64,000 nucleotides of DNA. Source: an uncultured delta proteobacterium (GTDB lineage: Bacteria > Desulfobacterota > Syntrophia > Syntrophales > UBA2185). Numbering within the stretch: the stretch's first letter is position 1; each line of letters starts with the position of its first letter. Where the stretch lies: positions 96,001-160,000 of the forward strand of contig CAVOID010000005.1 in NCBI GenBank assembly GCA_963695875.1. Direction: 5' to 3'. Positions 45,049 through 55,040 of this stretch are shown piece by piece. The notes under the pieces were generated by a model. It worked only from the letters and a program-made list of their open reading frames with translations, searched no databases and had not been told where the DNA came from. Position numbers and translations under genes: made by a program.

Positions 45049-45272
45049 ACAAGGCGGAAACATATGAAGTGGTCTTGTTCACATCGGTAAGTCATGCCCT
45101 GCGGGCGGAAAAAATTCTTAAAGAGGCAGGAATATCTTTTAAACTTATACCTGTTCCGCGTCACATCAGCTCTGATTGTGGGGTATGTCTCAGGTTTTCC
45201 CCGGCTTACAGAAAACAGATAGAAGAAGCCCTTGCGGGCAAAGTGGATGTTAGTGAAATTCGAGTCCTATAG
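45045..45272 (+). CDS. DUF3343 protein
   Basis: FTSVSHALRAEK, PVPRHISSDCG; ATGA overlap with yedF. Confidence 0.85.
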   Translation: MNKAETYEVVLFTSVSHALRAEKILKEAGISFKLIPVPRHISSDCGVCLRFSPAYRKQIEEALAGKVDVSEIRVL

Positions 45273-45282
45273 AGCATGATCC

Positions 45283-45786
45283 TCATGCATTCTCCTTGGG
45301 CCCGCCGTTCCTTTGTTCATAATCCCTGATAGCTTCGAGCAATGCACTGGTACCTGAAAGAATACATTTAGCTTCGCGTCCGGGAATTCCCTCAAGAGCA
45401 AGGATAACATCAGCGTCGGTTATCCGTTTCGCCTCATCTATGGTTTTACCCCGGGCAAGAACTGTCGTCATGCTGCTTGTTGCAACGGCACCCGCACATC
45501 CGGAGGACAGGAATTTAATATCCGCAATTCTTCCTGAATCCACTTTAATCCACAACTTCATCCAGTCGCCGCAGGAGGGATCGCCGAGGTGGGCATATCC
45601 GTCAGCATGGGATATCTCACCAACATTACGGGGATTCGTAGAGTGGTCTGCCACCAGTTCGTTATAAAAAAGTACGGGACCATGGGGGAGCTCCATTCCC
45701 AGCTCCAGCTCCATATCTTCCGGTGTCTTTCTCCTATAGAGGTCCATCCAGTTATCAGATTTTCTCTTTGTTTGCCTTTGCCTCAT
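45283..45786 (-). CDS. IscU/NifU-like Fe-S scaffold protein
   Basis: DH..NPRNVG, PSCGD, GCAGAVATSS; start uncertain. Confidence 0.8.
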   Translation of the reverse strand: MRQRQTKRKSDNWMDLYRRKTPEDMELELGMELPHGPVLFYNELVADHSTNPRNVGEISHADGYAHLGDPSCGDWMKLWIKVDSGRIADIKFLSSGCAGAVATSSMTTVLARGKTIDEAKRITDADVILALEGIPGREAKCILSGTSALLEAIRDYEQRNGGPKENA

Positions 45787-45961
45787 TGTATCACCTGCTG
45801 TTGATCATCTTTCCGGAGGGCGAATATAGAAGAAGTAGCTATACATGTCAATGGAAAATTAAACGCGTTATGGGAGGGCATTTCTTCAGTACATGCATAT
45901 TTAACCGATTTATGTTATATTTTAAATCCAGCGATAAGGAAGGCGTAGCTGAGAATTATCC

Positions 45962-46037
45962 GTCATTGCGGGCACCCAGCAGGTGCGCGGCAATCTCATC
46001 AGAAGAGATAGATCGCCACGCTTCGCTCGCGATGACA
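45962..46037. repeat. REP-like palindromic element
   Basis: gtcattgcg...gcaatctc...gatcgccacgcttcgctcgcgatgac; related fragments at ~27937 and ~28197. Confidence 0.55.
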
Positions 46038-46123
46038 ATTTGTTATCGCTGGATTTGGGTATATATTAAATGATATTTAAGAAGACATGGCTCAACCCTG
46101 AGCCTGTCTGCCAAGGGAAATAA

Positions 46124-47404
46124 ATGAAAAAATTAACTGATCCTGACAAGATAACTTCACGGAAGCGTCAAGTCGAAAGAAAATACCCCCGTCTGTTTGA
46201 AAAGCTAAGCAAATCAGAGCAGGAAAAATCGGTCATTCTTGATGCCATGACAGAGCTCGTCTTGTACCTTGATAAAGATTTGAGGGTAATATGGGCCAAT
46301 AAGGCTATGCATGAATCGTTTAATCTGGCACCCGGCCAATTGAACAAGAGGCACTGCTATGAGGCACTTCATAACAGAAGCAGGGCATGCCGCATTTGTC
46401 CGGCTATGAAGACACTCGAGACCGGTGAGCCGCACGAGGTAATCGATTTTTCATCTTACAAAAAAAATTGGGTTTTACGCAGCTATCCCGTACGGGATGA
46501 AAAAGGTTCCCTCACCGGTATTGTGGAAATAGTCACTGACATAACCAGGCGAAGAAAAGCCGAAGAAGCTTTGAGGCAATCGGAACAGAAGTACCGGGAG
46601 CTTTTTGAGAATGCCAATGACATCATTTTCATTCTGGACTTCGACGGCAAGATCCTGTCCTGTAATGCAGCCGCCTTCAAAACCTATGGCTACGAACCGG
46701 AACGGATGCTGGGACTTAATATAGAGTATCTGCTGGACCCTGCTTATCTGCCGGTCGTCAGGCAGCTCATTCGTAGGAGACGCGACAACGTGGATGTTCA
46801 AAACCCGCAGGAATTTCTCACCTACACAAAAGATGGTGAAGCCGTCTGGGTGGAGGTTAACGCCCGCATCATGAGGGAAAATGGCAGGCAGGTTTCAATT
46901 CATGGCATTGCCCGCAACATCAGTGATCGCAAAAGGATAGAAGAGGCATTGAAAAAAAGGGAGCGGGAACTGGAAGAACAATCCCGGAACCTGGAAGAGG
47001 CAAATACTGCTCTTACGGTACTCCTCAAGCGCAGGGAGGAAGATAGAGCTGAATTGGAAGAAAAAGTAATTCACAACATGAGAGAGCTCATTCTGCCGTA
47101 TATCGAGAACCTGAAAATAACCGATATTGACAGCCATCAGTCAAATCAATTGAAAATCCTTGAGAGAAATATAAACGAGATCATTTCCCCGTTTCTACGC
47201 ACCCTGTCCTCGAAATATCCAAATCTCACTCCTACGGAAATAAAGATCATCACTTTTATAAAAGAAGGACGCACGACAAAGGAGATGGCGGAGCTGCTGA
47301 ATGCGTCAGCCAGGACAGTCGAAGTTCACCGTGATAATATCAGGAAAAAACTGGGGTTGAAAAACAGGAAAGCTAATCTTAGATCCCATTTATTGTCTTT
47401 ATAA
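46124..47404 (+). CDS. PAS-PAS-LuxR transcriptional regulator
   Basis: Two PAS/PAC domains; LTPTE...GRTTKEMA...TVEVHRDNIRKKLG. Confidence 0.92.
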   Translation: MKKLTDPDKITSRKRQVERKYPRLFEKLSKSEQEKSVILDAMTELVLYLDKDLRVIWANKAMHESFNLAPGQLNKRHCYEALHNRSRACRICPAMKTLETGEPHEVIDFSSYKKNWVLRSYPVRDEKGSLTGIVEIVTDITRRRKAEEALRQSEQKYRELFENANDIIFILDFDGKILSCNAAAFKTYGYEPERMLGLNIEYLLDPAYLPVVRQLIRRRRDNVDVQNPQEFLTYTKDGEAVWVEVNARIMRENGRQVSIHGIARNISDRKRIEEALKKRERELEEQSRNLEEANTALTVLLKRREEDRAELEEKVIHNMRELILPYIENLKITDIDSHQSNQLKILERNINEIISPFLRTLSSKYPNLTPTEIKIITFIKEGRTTKEMAELLNASARTVEVHRDNIRKKLGLKNRKANLRSHLLSL

Positions 47405-47621
47405 TCTCATTTAATCCTGATCCCGAAATACTTATTTTATATACGTATATATTACGTAATATTTCCGTATTGATATTTCCGTGGATAGATGGTTCCATGA
47501 ATAAACCCTCCGGACATGAATCCCCTCAGGAAGTTCCTGTTGCGGAAATCCGCAAAAAAGATTCCCATGTACGGAGAAAAATATTTTACATGAAATTCTT
47601 ACGAAAAAGGAGGAAAGATCA

Positions 47622-48164
47622 ATGACAAAAGAGGAGAAGATCGAGGAAATCCGTCAGCGTGCCCGGAAGAATTTTTCACTGGGGTATAATTGCGCGGAAT
47701 GTGTAGCCGAAGCGGTCCTGAGTCTCGTGGAGACGGGATTGCCCAAGGAAGCAAAAAAGATGGCAACAGGATTTGGCGGCGGCATCGGGCTTTTCGGAGA
47801 CACTTGCGGCGCACTGGCAGGGGCAGTAATGGCTGTGAGTGCCGTACACGGAAGGGCTTCGCTTCCTGAAGGGACTGATCCCAAGGATGTGGCGATGAAG
47901 TCAAAGGCCCAGTTCTATGGCAAGCCAGGCGTTTACCGTATTTTCAACCAGGTCCCCAATCGCTTCAAGACTAAATACGGCAAGACCCTTTGCAGGGACT
48001 TGACCGTTCCATGGCAGAACACCTGGCTTTGCAAGGAACACGCGCTATACTGTCGTGAGATAATCACAGAAGCTGCTGGAATTGCGGCAGACCTTGTTCT
48101 TTCCGACAAGGACGAACTGGCGGCAAAGCCCTTCGGGGACAATGTAGAAAACCTCAAGGACTGA
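47622..48164 (+). CDS. C-GCAxxG-C-C family putative redox protein
   Basis: YNCAE, GFGGGIG..GDTCGAL, TLCRDL, YC. Confidence 0.88.
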   Translation: MTKEEKIEEIRQRARKNFSLGYNCAECVAEAVLSLVETGLPKEAKKMATGFGGGIGLFGDTCGALAGAVMAVSAVHGRASLPEGTDPKDVAMKSKAQFYGKPGVYRIFNQVPNRFKTKYGKTLCRDLTVPWQNTWLCKEHALYCREIITEAAGIAADLVLSDKDELAAKPFGDNVENLKD

Positions 48165-48226
48165 TTGAGCATGGGAGATGTAAGCAGACCGGATGTGCTT
48201 GACATGATAAACAGGGAGGACATCGC

Positions 48227-49561
48227 ATGAGTCAAAAACTGGTTATTGTAGGAGGCGGGGCGGCAGGCCCATCATCGGCTGCCGAAGCCAAGAGAAGAAA
48301 CCCGTCTCTTGAAGTGACGATGGTCGAGAAGGGTGACTTTGTTTCCTACGCGGCCTGACCGATGCCCTATTACATCGGTGATGTAATCAAAGAATCAAAG
48401 AAGTTGGTTATCCGCACGCCGGAAGAATTCAAGAAAACGGGCATCGACGTAAAGATCAAGACACGCGTGGATGGTATCGATACCAAAAAGGGTTCTCTTT
48501 CTTTATCCGACGGCACGAGTCTTCCTTACGACCTCCTGGTCATGGCTACGGGGGCCGAAGCGAGCCGCCTGGATATTCCGGGCAGAGACCTGGAAGGCGT
48601 CTACGTCTTCAGGGACTTGACCGATGCCTTGAAGATGAAATCCTACCTGAACGAACAGGGCTGTAAGAAGGCAGTTCTGATCGGGGCAGGCTATATCGGC
48701 ATGGAGATGTGCGAGGCCCTGAGAAATCTGGGGATCGAAGTGAAGGTCATGGACATCCTGCCCCGGCCCACCGTACGGTGGGATGCCGAATTCACGAAGA
48801 TGATCGTGGAAGAGCTAGCCAAGAACCAGGTGGAGTTCCTTCCGGAGACGAAACCTCTAGCCATCGAAAAGGGGAAGGAATACCGGTTGAAACTGCAAAC
48901 CAGCGGCGGCGAACTGGATGCCGATCTCGTGCTGATGGGAGTGGGTACAAAGCGGAACGCCGTGCTTGCCGAATCTATGGGACTTGCCTTGGGTGAAAGC
49001 GGCGCCATCAAGGTGGATTTCCGGCAGAAGACATCCCGGGAAGGGGTCTATGCGGTGGGAGACTGCTGTGAGGTCTTCCACAAGGTCGCCGGAAGATGGG
49101 TCTATTTTCCTCTCGGCGATGTCGCCAACAAGCAGGGTCGTGTTGCCGGTCAGAACATCGGCGGTTATCCGGCAGAATTCCCGGGTATCGTGGGCGCCCA
49201 GGCCTTCAAGGTCTTCAACCTGGAGGTGGCTGCCACGGGACTTACGGAAGAGGAAGCCGCAAAATACGGGTTCCAGCCGGTGAGCGCCATGATCTGGGGT
49301 CTTCCTGTCGGCCGTCCCATGGCGAAAGGTGAAAAGCTGGGCGTGAAACTTGTCGGTGACAAAACGACGGGAAAACTTCTCGGCGGCCAGTGCATCGGTG
49401 AGAAAGGGGCCGTTCAACGGGTCAGCAGCCTTTCTGTTGCCCTGTGGGCGGGACTTTCCGTGGACGAGATCGGCTACCTTGATCTCCCATACGCGCCGCC
49501 CTTCGGAGGCGCCTGGGACGCCATCCACATCGCCGCCCAGTCTCTCAGGGGAAAGATGTAA
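48227..49561 (+). CDS. CoA-disulfide reductase / NADH oxidase-like flavoprotein (selenoprotein, Sec44)
   Basis: ATG 48227 after GGAGG; GGGAAG FAD motif; SYAA-U(TGA 48356-48358)-PMPY aligns with SYGACGLPY; hairpin ATTACATC-GGT-GATGTAAT after the UGA; GAGYIG, YAVGD, YAPP. Confidence 0.92.
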
Positions 49562-49628
49562 ATTGAGAAGTCATCGAAGAGAAATGTCCCGAGTGAATAA
49601 GACTCAACAGTGATGAGAGGATTCGAAG

Positions 49629-49953
49629 TTGGCATTAGAGAACGATCCGGGATTGGAGATAGTAGCCGTCAAGATCGGACGCGAGGTGCGAGGAAAGCTA
49701 CAGAGGTCTGGACGGCACATTCGCGAGTTTTGCGTATAGCTGTCTTGACAAAAAGGCTATGCCGGGTTTTCACGAAAAGGGTCTCATTGCTGAAGCTGAA
49801 CTGAAGGAAGGAGGCATGCTCCTCGTATTGTCCGGAAAGAGGACCGACAGCGAATTGATGGAAATCATGGACATTGCCTTAGAGAATATAGGGGCATTTC
49901 CCGGCGTGCGGGCCGGGGCAAAATATATAATAGACGTCAAGTCTAAAGAATAA
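49629..49953 (+). CDS. Small hypothetical protein, probably frameshifted
   Basis: Frame ending ...GAFPGVRAGAKYIIDVKSKE* lies between co-oriented genes; 5' part unclear. Confidence 0.35.
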
Positions 49954-49971
49954 ACTAATTCGGAGGATATT

Positions 49972-51423
49972 ATGGCATTAAAAACTTCAAAGGAGTATCT
50001 GGAGAGCGTAAAGAAACTGTCACCCCATGTCTATTGCGGGGGGAAATGGGTGAAGGGTCTGCTCAACAACAAAATAACGCGTTCCATGGTCATGGCCAAC
50101 GCGGCGATTTACGAGCTCGCTGAAGACCCGAAATACAAGGAAATCATGGTCGCTACATCCCACCTTACGGGAGAGCCAATCAACCGCAACCTTAACGTTG
50201 CACGCAACATCCACGACCTGGACATGCGGCAGGAGATGGCCCTCTTGACGAGCCAGACAGTGGGCACCTGCAACTACCGCTGCGTCGGTTGCGATGCCCT
50301 CAACAGCCTTGCCTCCACGACGTGGGAGATGGACCGGGATCTGGGAACGAAGTATAATGAAAGATTCAATAAGTGGCTTACATATGCGCAGGCCAACGAC
50401 CTGGCCGTCTCCGGCGCCATAACCGATGCAAAAGGAGACAGGAAAAAGAGGCCTTCCCAGCAGGACGAACCTGATACATACATTCACCTCGTCGAAAAAC
50501 GGCAAGACGGGATCGTGGTCCGCGGGATCAAGGTGAGCCAGAGCGGCGCCATAGGGTCGCATGAAACTCTTGTTCTTCCAGGCGGCGCCTTGAAAGAAGG
50601 CGAAGAGGCCTTCGCCCTGTGCTTCGCTGTTCAGAACGGAGCACCGGGGATTACATACATCTGCCAGTACAATGCATACTCGGCAGAGCGGGAATTTTGT
50701 GAAGAGGAAGCCGAGATTGGGAATCCCGTCTTCGGACAAAGGGAAACCTCGACAATGGTTTTTGACAATGTCTTCATTCCCTGGGAGCGGGTTTTCCTCT
50801 GCGGCGAGACCAAGTACTGCGGGAAAATGGTCACCCGGTTCGCCAAGGCCCACCGCATGAACTGCGGCGGGGCCTGCAAGGTGGGATTTGCCGACCTGAT
50901 TATCGGAGGCACCGTGCTTGCCGCCGAATACACCGGTGTGGACAAGGTCCCTCACATCCAGGAGAAGATCATCGACATGGTCCGCTTCAGCGAGACATCC
51001 CACGCCTGCGCTATCGCCGCAGCCATGCGGGGACGGGAAGAACCCAAGGGATCGGGCGTCTTCCTGCCGGATGATCTCTTCGGAAACGCAGCCAAGCTGA
51101 ACATCGCCCACGGATTCTGGGAAATCATCAAGAATGCCGGAGATATCGGCGGCGGCCTGGTTGTGACCATGCCGAGGCTGAAGGATCTTGAAGACCCGGA
51201 GGTCGGTCCCATGCTGAAAAAGGCTTTCACGGCTGCAGCCCCGGCGGAGAAGCGTCTCAAGGTCGCAAAGTTCCTGCAGCACTGGGCAGCCGGTCTGCAT
51301 GGCACGGGTACCTGGCACGGCGCCGGCGCCCCCCAGACCCAGCGGTTCATGATCTCTGTACTTACGGACTTTGACGCCAAGAAAAAGATGGCCAAGAAGC
51401 TCATGGGCATGAAGGAAGAATAA
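49972..51423 (+). CDS. 4-hydroxybutyryl-CoA dehydratase-like (AbfD/HpaB family) FAD/[4Fe-4S] enzyme
   Basis: GTCNYRCVGCDA, TDAKGDR, VFDNVFIPWERVF, HRMNCGGACK, HGAGAP. Confidence 0.85.
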   Translation: MALKTSKEYLESVKKLSPHVYCGGKWVKGLLNNKITRSMVMANAAIYELAEDPKYKEIMVATSHLTGEPINRNLNVARNIHDLDMRQEMALLTSQTVGTCNYRCVGCDALNSLASTTWEMDRDLGTKYNERFNKWLTYAQANDLAVSGAITDAKGDRKKRPSQQDEPDTYIHLVEKRQDGIVVRGIKVSQSGAIGSHETLVLPGGALKEGEEAFALCFAVQNGAPGITYICQYNAYSAEREFCEEEAEIGNPVFGQRETSTMVFDNVFIPWERVFLCGETKYCGKMVTRFAKAHRMNCGGACKVGFADLIIGGTVLAAEYTGVDKVPHIQEKIIDMVRFSETSHACAIAAAMRGREEPKGSGVFLPDDLFGNAAKLNIAHGFWEIIKNAGDIGGGLVVTMPRLKDLEDPEVGPMLKKAFTAAAPAEKRLKVAKFLQHWAAGLHGTGTWHGAGAPQTQRFMISVLTDFDAKKKMAKKLMGMKEE

Positions 51424-51640
51424 TTAAGGAGATCAAATGAAGAAAAAAGAGGCGAGGCGTTTTAGCTTGCCTCTTTTTATTTTGTCGGACTGAACTGTGA
51501 GATGTTTGAGTCAGCACACAACAACACGCTTTATCCCCTTTTCAAAATTATGACGTCAGTTGAGTTTATGAAGGACGTGTACAGATAATCTTTCATCTGA
51601 ACAGAGAATTTAAAACCCAGAATCATAAAGGAGGAATATC

Positions 51641-52348
51641 ATGAGCGAACCCACCATAATTGAGAAAGCATTTCATACCATCATGAAACGTATGGTAGAA
51701 ACCGGTCAGGCGCCCTTTTACACTGAGCTTGCCGCTGAACTCGGCCTTTCCGTTGAGGGAGGGCGGAAGGTGCTGCACGACCTTTTCTCCTCGGGAATCC
51801 CCGGATGGCTGTACCCCCGAACTGACCACATCGTCTCCTTTGCTCCGTTCAACAGCCTTCCGACACAATACAGGATCACCATCGACGGTCAGCAGAAATG
51901 GTTCGGCCAGTGAGCATTTGAATCGCTGGCGGTCTGCTGGCTATTCCCTGGCAAGACAGTGACAGTGGATTTCCCCTGTCTGGATTGCGGCGCTCCTCTC
52001 CGGGTGGCCATCCGGGACGGTATAGTTCTGAATAGTGAAGCCTCAGGGTACAAAGCCTATGTATCCGTGCCATTCTGGAAATGGTTTGAAGACCCGGGCT
52101 ATGCTTGAAGCACCATGACTCTCTTCCGGTCGGAAGAGCACGTCCGCAACTGGAAGTCCTTTGTCGAAGGCACCGACGAGGGCATCCTGTCAATGCCCGA
52201 TTTGCTCAAGCTGTTCTCCGGGCCTTTCTTCAGGCGGCGGATGGATGAAGACTATGTTTCCCACATGCGCGAATACGCCCGCGGGATGGTTGAAGCCATG
52301 AAAGAAATCGGCAAAACCGGCCCATTCTGGAAAAAGCCGAAAAATTGA
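51641..52348 (+). CDS. MerB-like (organomercurial lyase family) selenoprotein with two Sec residues
   Basis: One frame, 235 aa, with TGA at 51911 (WFGQ-U-AFES) and 52106 (GYA-U-STMTLFRSEEH); wHTH-like N-terminus, CLDC; hairpins after both UGAs. Confidence 0.88.
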
Positions 52349-52351
52349 TTC

Positions 52352-52417
52352 GGCCTTGTGTCGTGACAGGAATTGATTTCTGAAACCCCGCTCACTCATA
52401 AAGGAGCGGGGTTTTAT
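52352..52417 (+). terminator. Terminator-like hairpin, repeated at 58543-58608
   Basis: aaaccccgctc...gagcggggtttt. Confidence 0.65.
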
Positions 52418-52565
52418 GAAGAGTCTCGGGGCAGTTCAATTTTTTATCATCATTTAATAGAACTGTTTTTTATATTCTCCCGAGGAGCTGGCTAGGATAG
52501 AACAGTTGTGAAAAATCCTCTAATCTGATGTATGTGGTAATCAATGAATACGTCAGGACTCCCGC

Positions 52566-52880
52566 TCATACACCTATCTTCTTCTCTTTCAAACGTTTAA
52601 TGAACGCCCTCTTTTCTTTACTTTTTGCTTCCTTATACCACCATTGGCCGTCTTCATACCAGATCATGGCGGACTCGCCTCCAAGAAGCTTCGATTTCAC
52701 ATCAATGCCATGATATTCCATTTTATCCTGGAGAAGATCCTTATAAAGTCTATGCTCCCATTTAGAAGCATCAAATAACTCCACATCGAACTTGTGCCAA
52801 CGGCTCTCAATAATAAAACCGGCGAAAATGCTCATAATGCATAGAGCAAAAGTAATTACTGTATATTCAAATTTCTTCAT
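52566..52880 (-). CDS. Small membrane-anchored hypothetical protein
   Basis: AAGGAGG RBS, MKKFEY plus TM helix. Confidence 0.6.
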   Translation of the reverse strand: MKKFEYTVITFALCIMSIFAGFIIESRWHKFDVELFDASKWEHRLYKDLLQDKMEYHGIDVKSKLLGGESAMIWYEDGQWWYKEAKSKEKRAFIKRLKEKKIGV

Positions 52881-53430
52881 ATCTACCTCCTTCTCGCTGC
52901 GACGGGAATGGTTTCCCACTCGTCGAGACCCAATCCCTTGCAGATAAGCCTCGATACGCTCCTGTATCGATCTGGCGGAAAAACAATTATTTGGGAAGAT
53001 GCTTTTTACAGTACAAATGGATGGCTATGGATTCCAACACCCAGACAAACAATAATCATGCCTCTTGAGGGATGACAACCTCACAGCGGCATCACATGTG
53101 CATCTTCAGGTGGCACCATCTTCCCATGGTTTACCTTAAAAAGTTAAGGTTTGGTTGTAAGGGTTGATTTTTTGAACTCCTGTGATTTGATAAAATTATA
53201 CCAATTTTGGATGGAATTTTCAACAAAAATCTTTTCTTTTTTTACACCCTAATGTGAAGAATTAGATTATAGATTACGACTTAAATGTTGTAATACTTTT
53301 GCACAATTAGAGATAAAAACTTCAGGTAGCCGTTCATCGATGTTACCTACTACCAAACAGCTTTAAAGAAATAATATTCTGGGGATTACTGTGAGATACA
53401 TGGAAAAACGTCAAGCTAAAGTATGCGGGT

Positions 53431-54204
53431 TCAAATCTCGACGTTAGATGGTTCACAAGTTTGTGCAGGGTTTTTTATAAAGTAGCCTCCCATCCAGATC
53501 AAGACAGCAGCAAAGATAATTCTCAAAGCGCCTTCCGGGAATAAATGCGCGACTGATCCACCTGAGAAAGCCCCTAATACAATACCCGGAATAAGTCCCT
53601 TCAATGGACCTTTTTCGACATTTCCCAGGCGCCAGTGAGTAAACGCCCCTACCATACCCGCGGGGACAATGGCGAGAAGGGAGGTCCCCTGAGCCAGGTG
53701 CTGATCAAACCCCGCCAGAAGCACCATCCCGCCGATCATGACGCCGCCTCCCCCTACACCCATAAGCCCCGACAGGAATCCTGTTGCCGCACCTGTCGCA
53801 ATAAGAATCAATGACTTCGTCATTCCGATTACGGGATGGAAGAATATTGGTAAATATGGCTTTGATAGAATAAAAATGGAAATGCAAATTAAGAAAACAC
53901 CAAAGAACTTTTTTAATTTTATTTCCGGAAGGTCACAACAATATTTTGCACCAATTCTGGCAGGCCAGAGGGCGGCGGCGGCTAACAGAAAGGCTGCCCA
54001 CAAGTCTACAGAGTTGTGCAGAGCATAGGTAAAAGCGCCTATAATTCCGGTGAACACCAGGGCGACAAGGCTTGTGCCGTGGGCCTTATGCTGTCCCAAT
54101 TTTTGAATATTGACCATAAGCGGGATCATAAGGACGCCCCCTCCAATCCCTATCAAACCGCCAAATACACCAGCTATCACGCCAATCAGGAAGCTCATGA
54201 TCAA
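53431..54204 (-). CDS. TauE/SafE (TSUP) family transporter
   Basis: GLIGIGGG, AHGTSL, GLMGVGGG, AQGTSL. Confidence 0.9.
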   Translation of the reverse strand: MIMSFLIGVIAGVFGGLIGIGGGVLMIPLMVNIQKLGQHKAHGTSLVALVFTGIIGAFTYALHNSVDLWAAFLLAAAALWPARIGAKYCCDLPEIKLKKFFGVFLICISIFILSKPYLPIFFHPVIGMTKSLILIATGAATGFLSGLMGVGGGGVMIGGMVLLAGFDQHLAQGTSLLAIVPAGMVGAFTHWRLGNVEKGPLKGLIPGIVLGAFSGGSVAHLFPEGALRIIFAAVLIWMGGYFIKNPAQTCEPSNVEI

Positions 54205-54374
54205 TCAGTCTTTATTTTATAAATAATTAAGTTTCCATTCATTGATTTTGACGTGAAATCTACATCAGTCATTTTGATTTGTCGATCATATAATTGGAGG
54301 AAGCAGCTATTCTTCTATTAACCGGAGAGATAACATTACAATACATCGCATGTTACGGTTGGCAATTATTTTAC

Positions 54375-54403
54375 TTGACAGATAATGAGCATATGCTTAT
54401 AAT
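54375..54403 (+). promoter_or_regulatory. Consensus sigma70 promoter with an overlapping palindrome
   Basis: TTGACA-17 bp-TATAAT; TGAGCATATGCTTA near-palindrome in the spacer. Confidence 0.8.
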
Positions 54404-54424
54404 GCTCGTGAAGGAGTAATAAGA

Positions 54425-54883
54425 ATGGCAAGACCAAAATGTTGTCGGAGAGTAGCAGGAGAACCGGCCTGCGCGATTTTCAAGCCGGCCGGTATGCCTA
54501 TTTCAGTTCTTGATGAAGTAATCTTATCCATGGATGAGTTTGAGGCTATCCGGCTGGCCGATTTTGATGGGCTTTACCATGATAAGGCGGCAGAACAGAT
54601 GAACGTCTCACGGCAGACTTTCGGAAGGATTATTGAAGCGGCACGGCACAAGGTGGCTCAGGTGCTGGTCAAAGGTCTTGCCCTTCGCATTGAAGGAGGT
54701 GAAATTGAAATGGCCGAAACGCGAACTTTTAAATGTATGAAATGTCAGCATACATGGAATGTGCCTTTTGGTACAGGCAGACCCGCAATATGCCCGGCAT
54801 GCAATGATGCTGATATATGCAGAGCTGAAGGGCAGCGAGGACGAGGGAGACCCAGTTGGGCATGCCCGCGTGGCAGGAGATAG
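54425..54883 (+). CDS. DUF134 HTH protein with C-terminal Zn ribbon
   Basis: MARPKCCRRV, EFEAIRLAD, MNVSRQTF, CMKC...CPAC. Confidence 0.9.
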   Translation: MARPKCCRRVAGEPACAIFKPAGMPISVLDEVILSMDEFEAIRLADFDGLYHDKAAEQMNVSRQTFGRIIEAARHKVAQVLVKGLALRIEGGEIEMAETRTFKCMKCQHTWNVPFGTGRPAICPACNDADICRAEGQRGRGRPSWACPRGRR

Positions 54884-55040
54884 CGAAGGTCTTAAGCAGG
54901 ATACTCACTATCGAGCAACTGTTTATACTTGTATTTGAACCATTAAGATAATGTCTTTGGCGGAGTGAAATGAAGATCGTGCCGCCATCCAATGGGCGAT
55001 CTTTTCAGACAGTAATGAAGAATAAAGAGGAGATAATAAA

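Noticed and set aside
50020..51318. 432-aa antisense ORF and similar long shadow ORFs
   Set aside because: Opposite a well-supported gene with no recognisable motifs; typical codon-bias shadow.
52346..52348. Third TGA in the MerB-like gene
   Set aside because: It follows a Lys-rich tail, another stop comes 6 codons later and a terminator follows; treated as the true stop.
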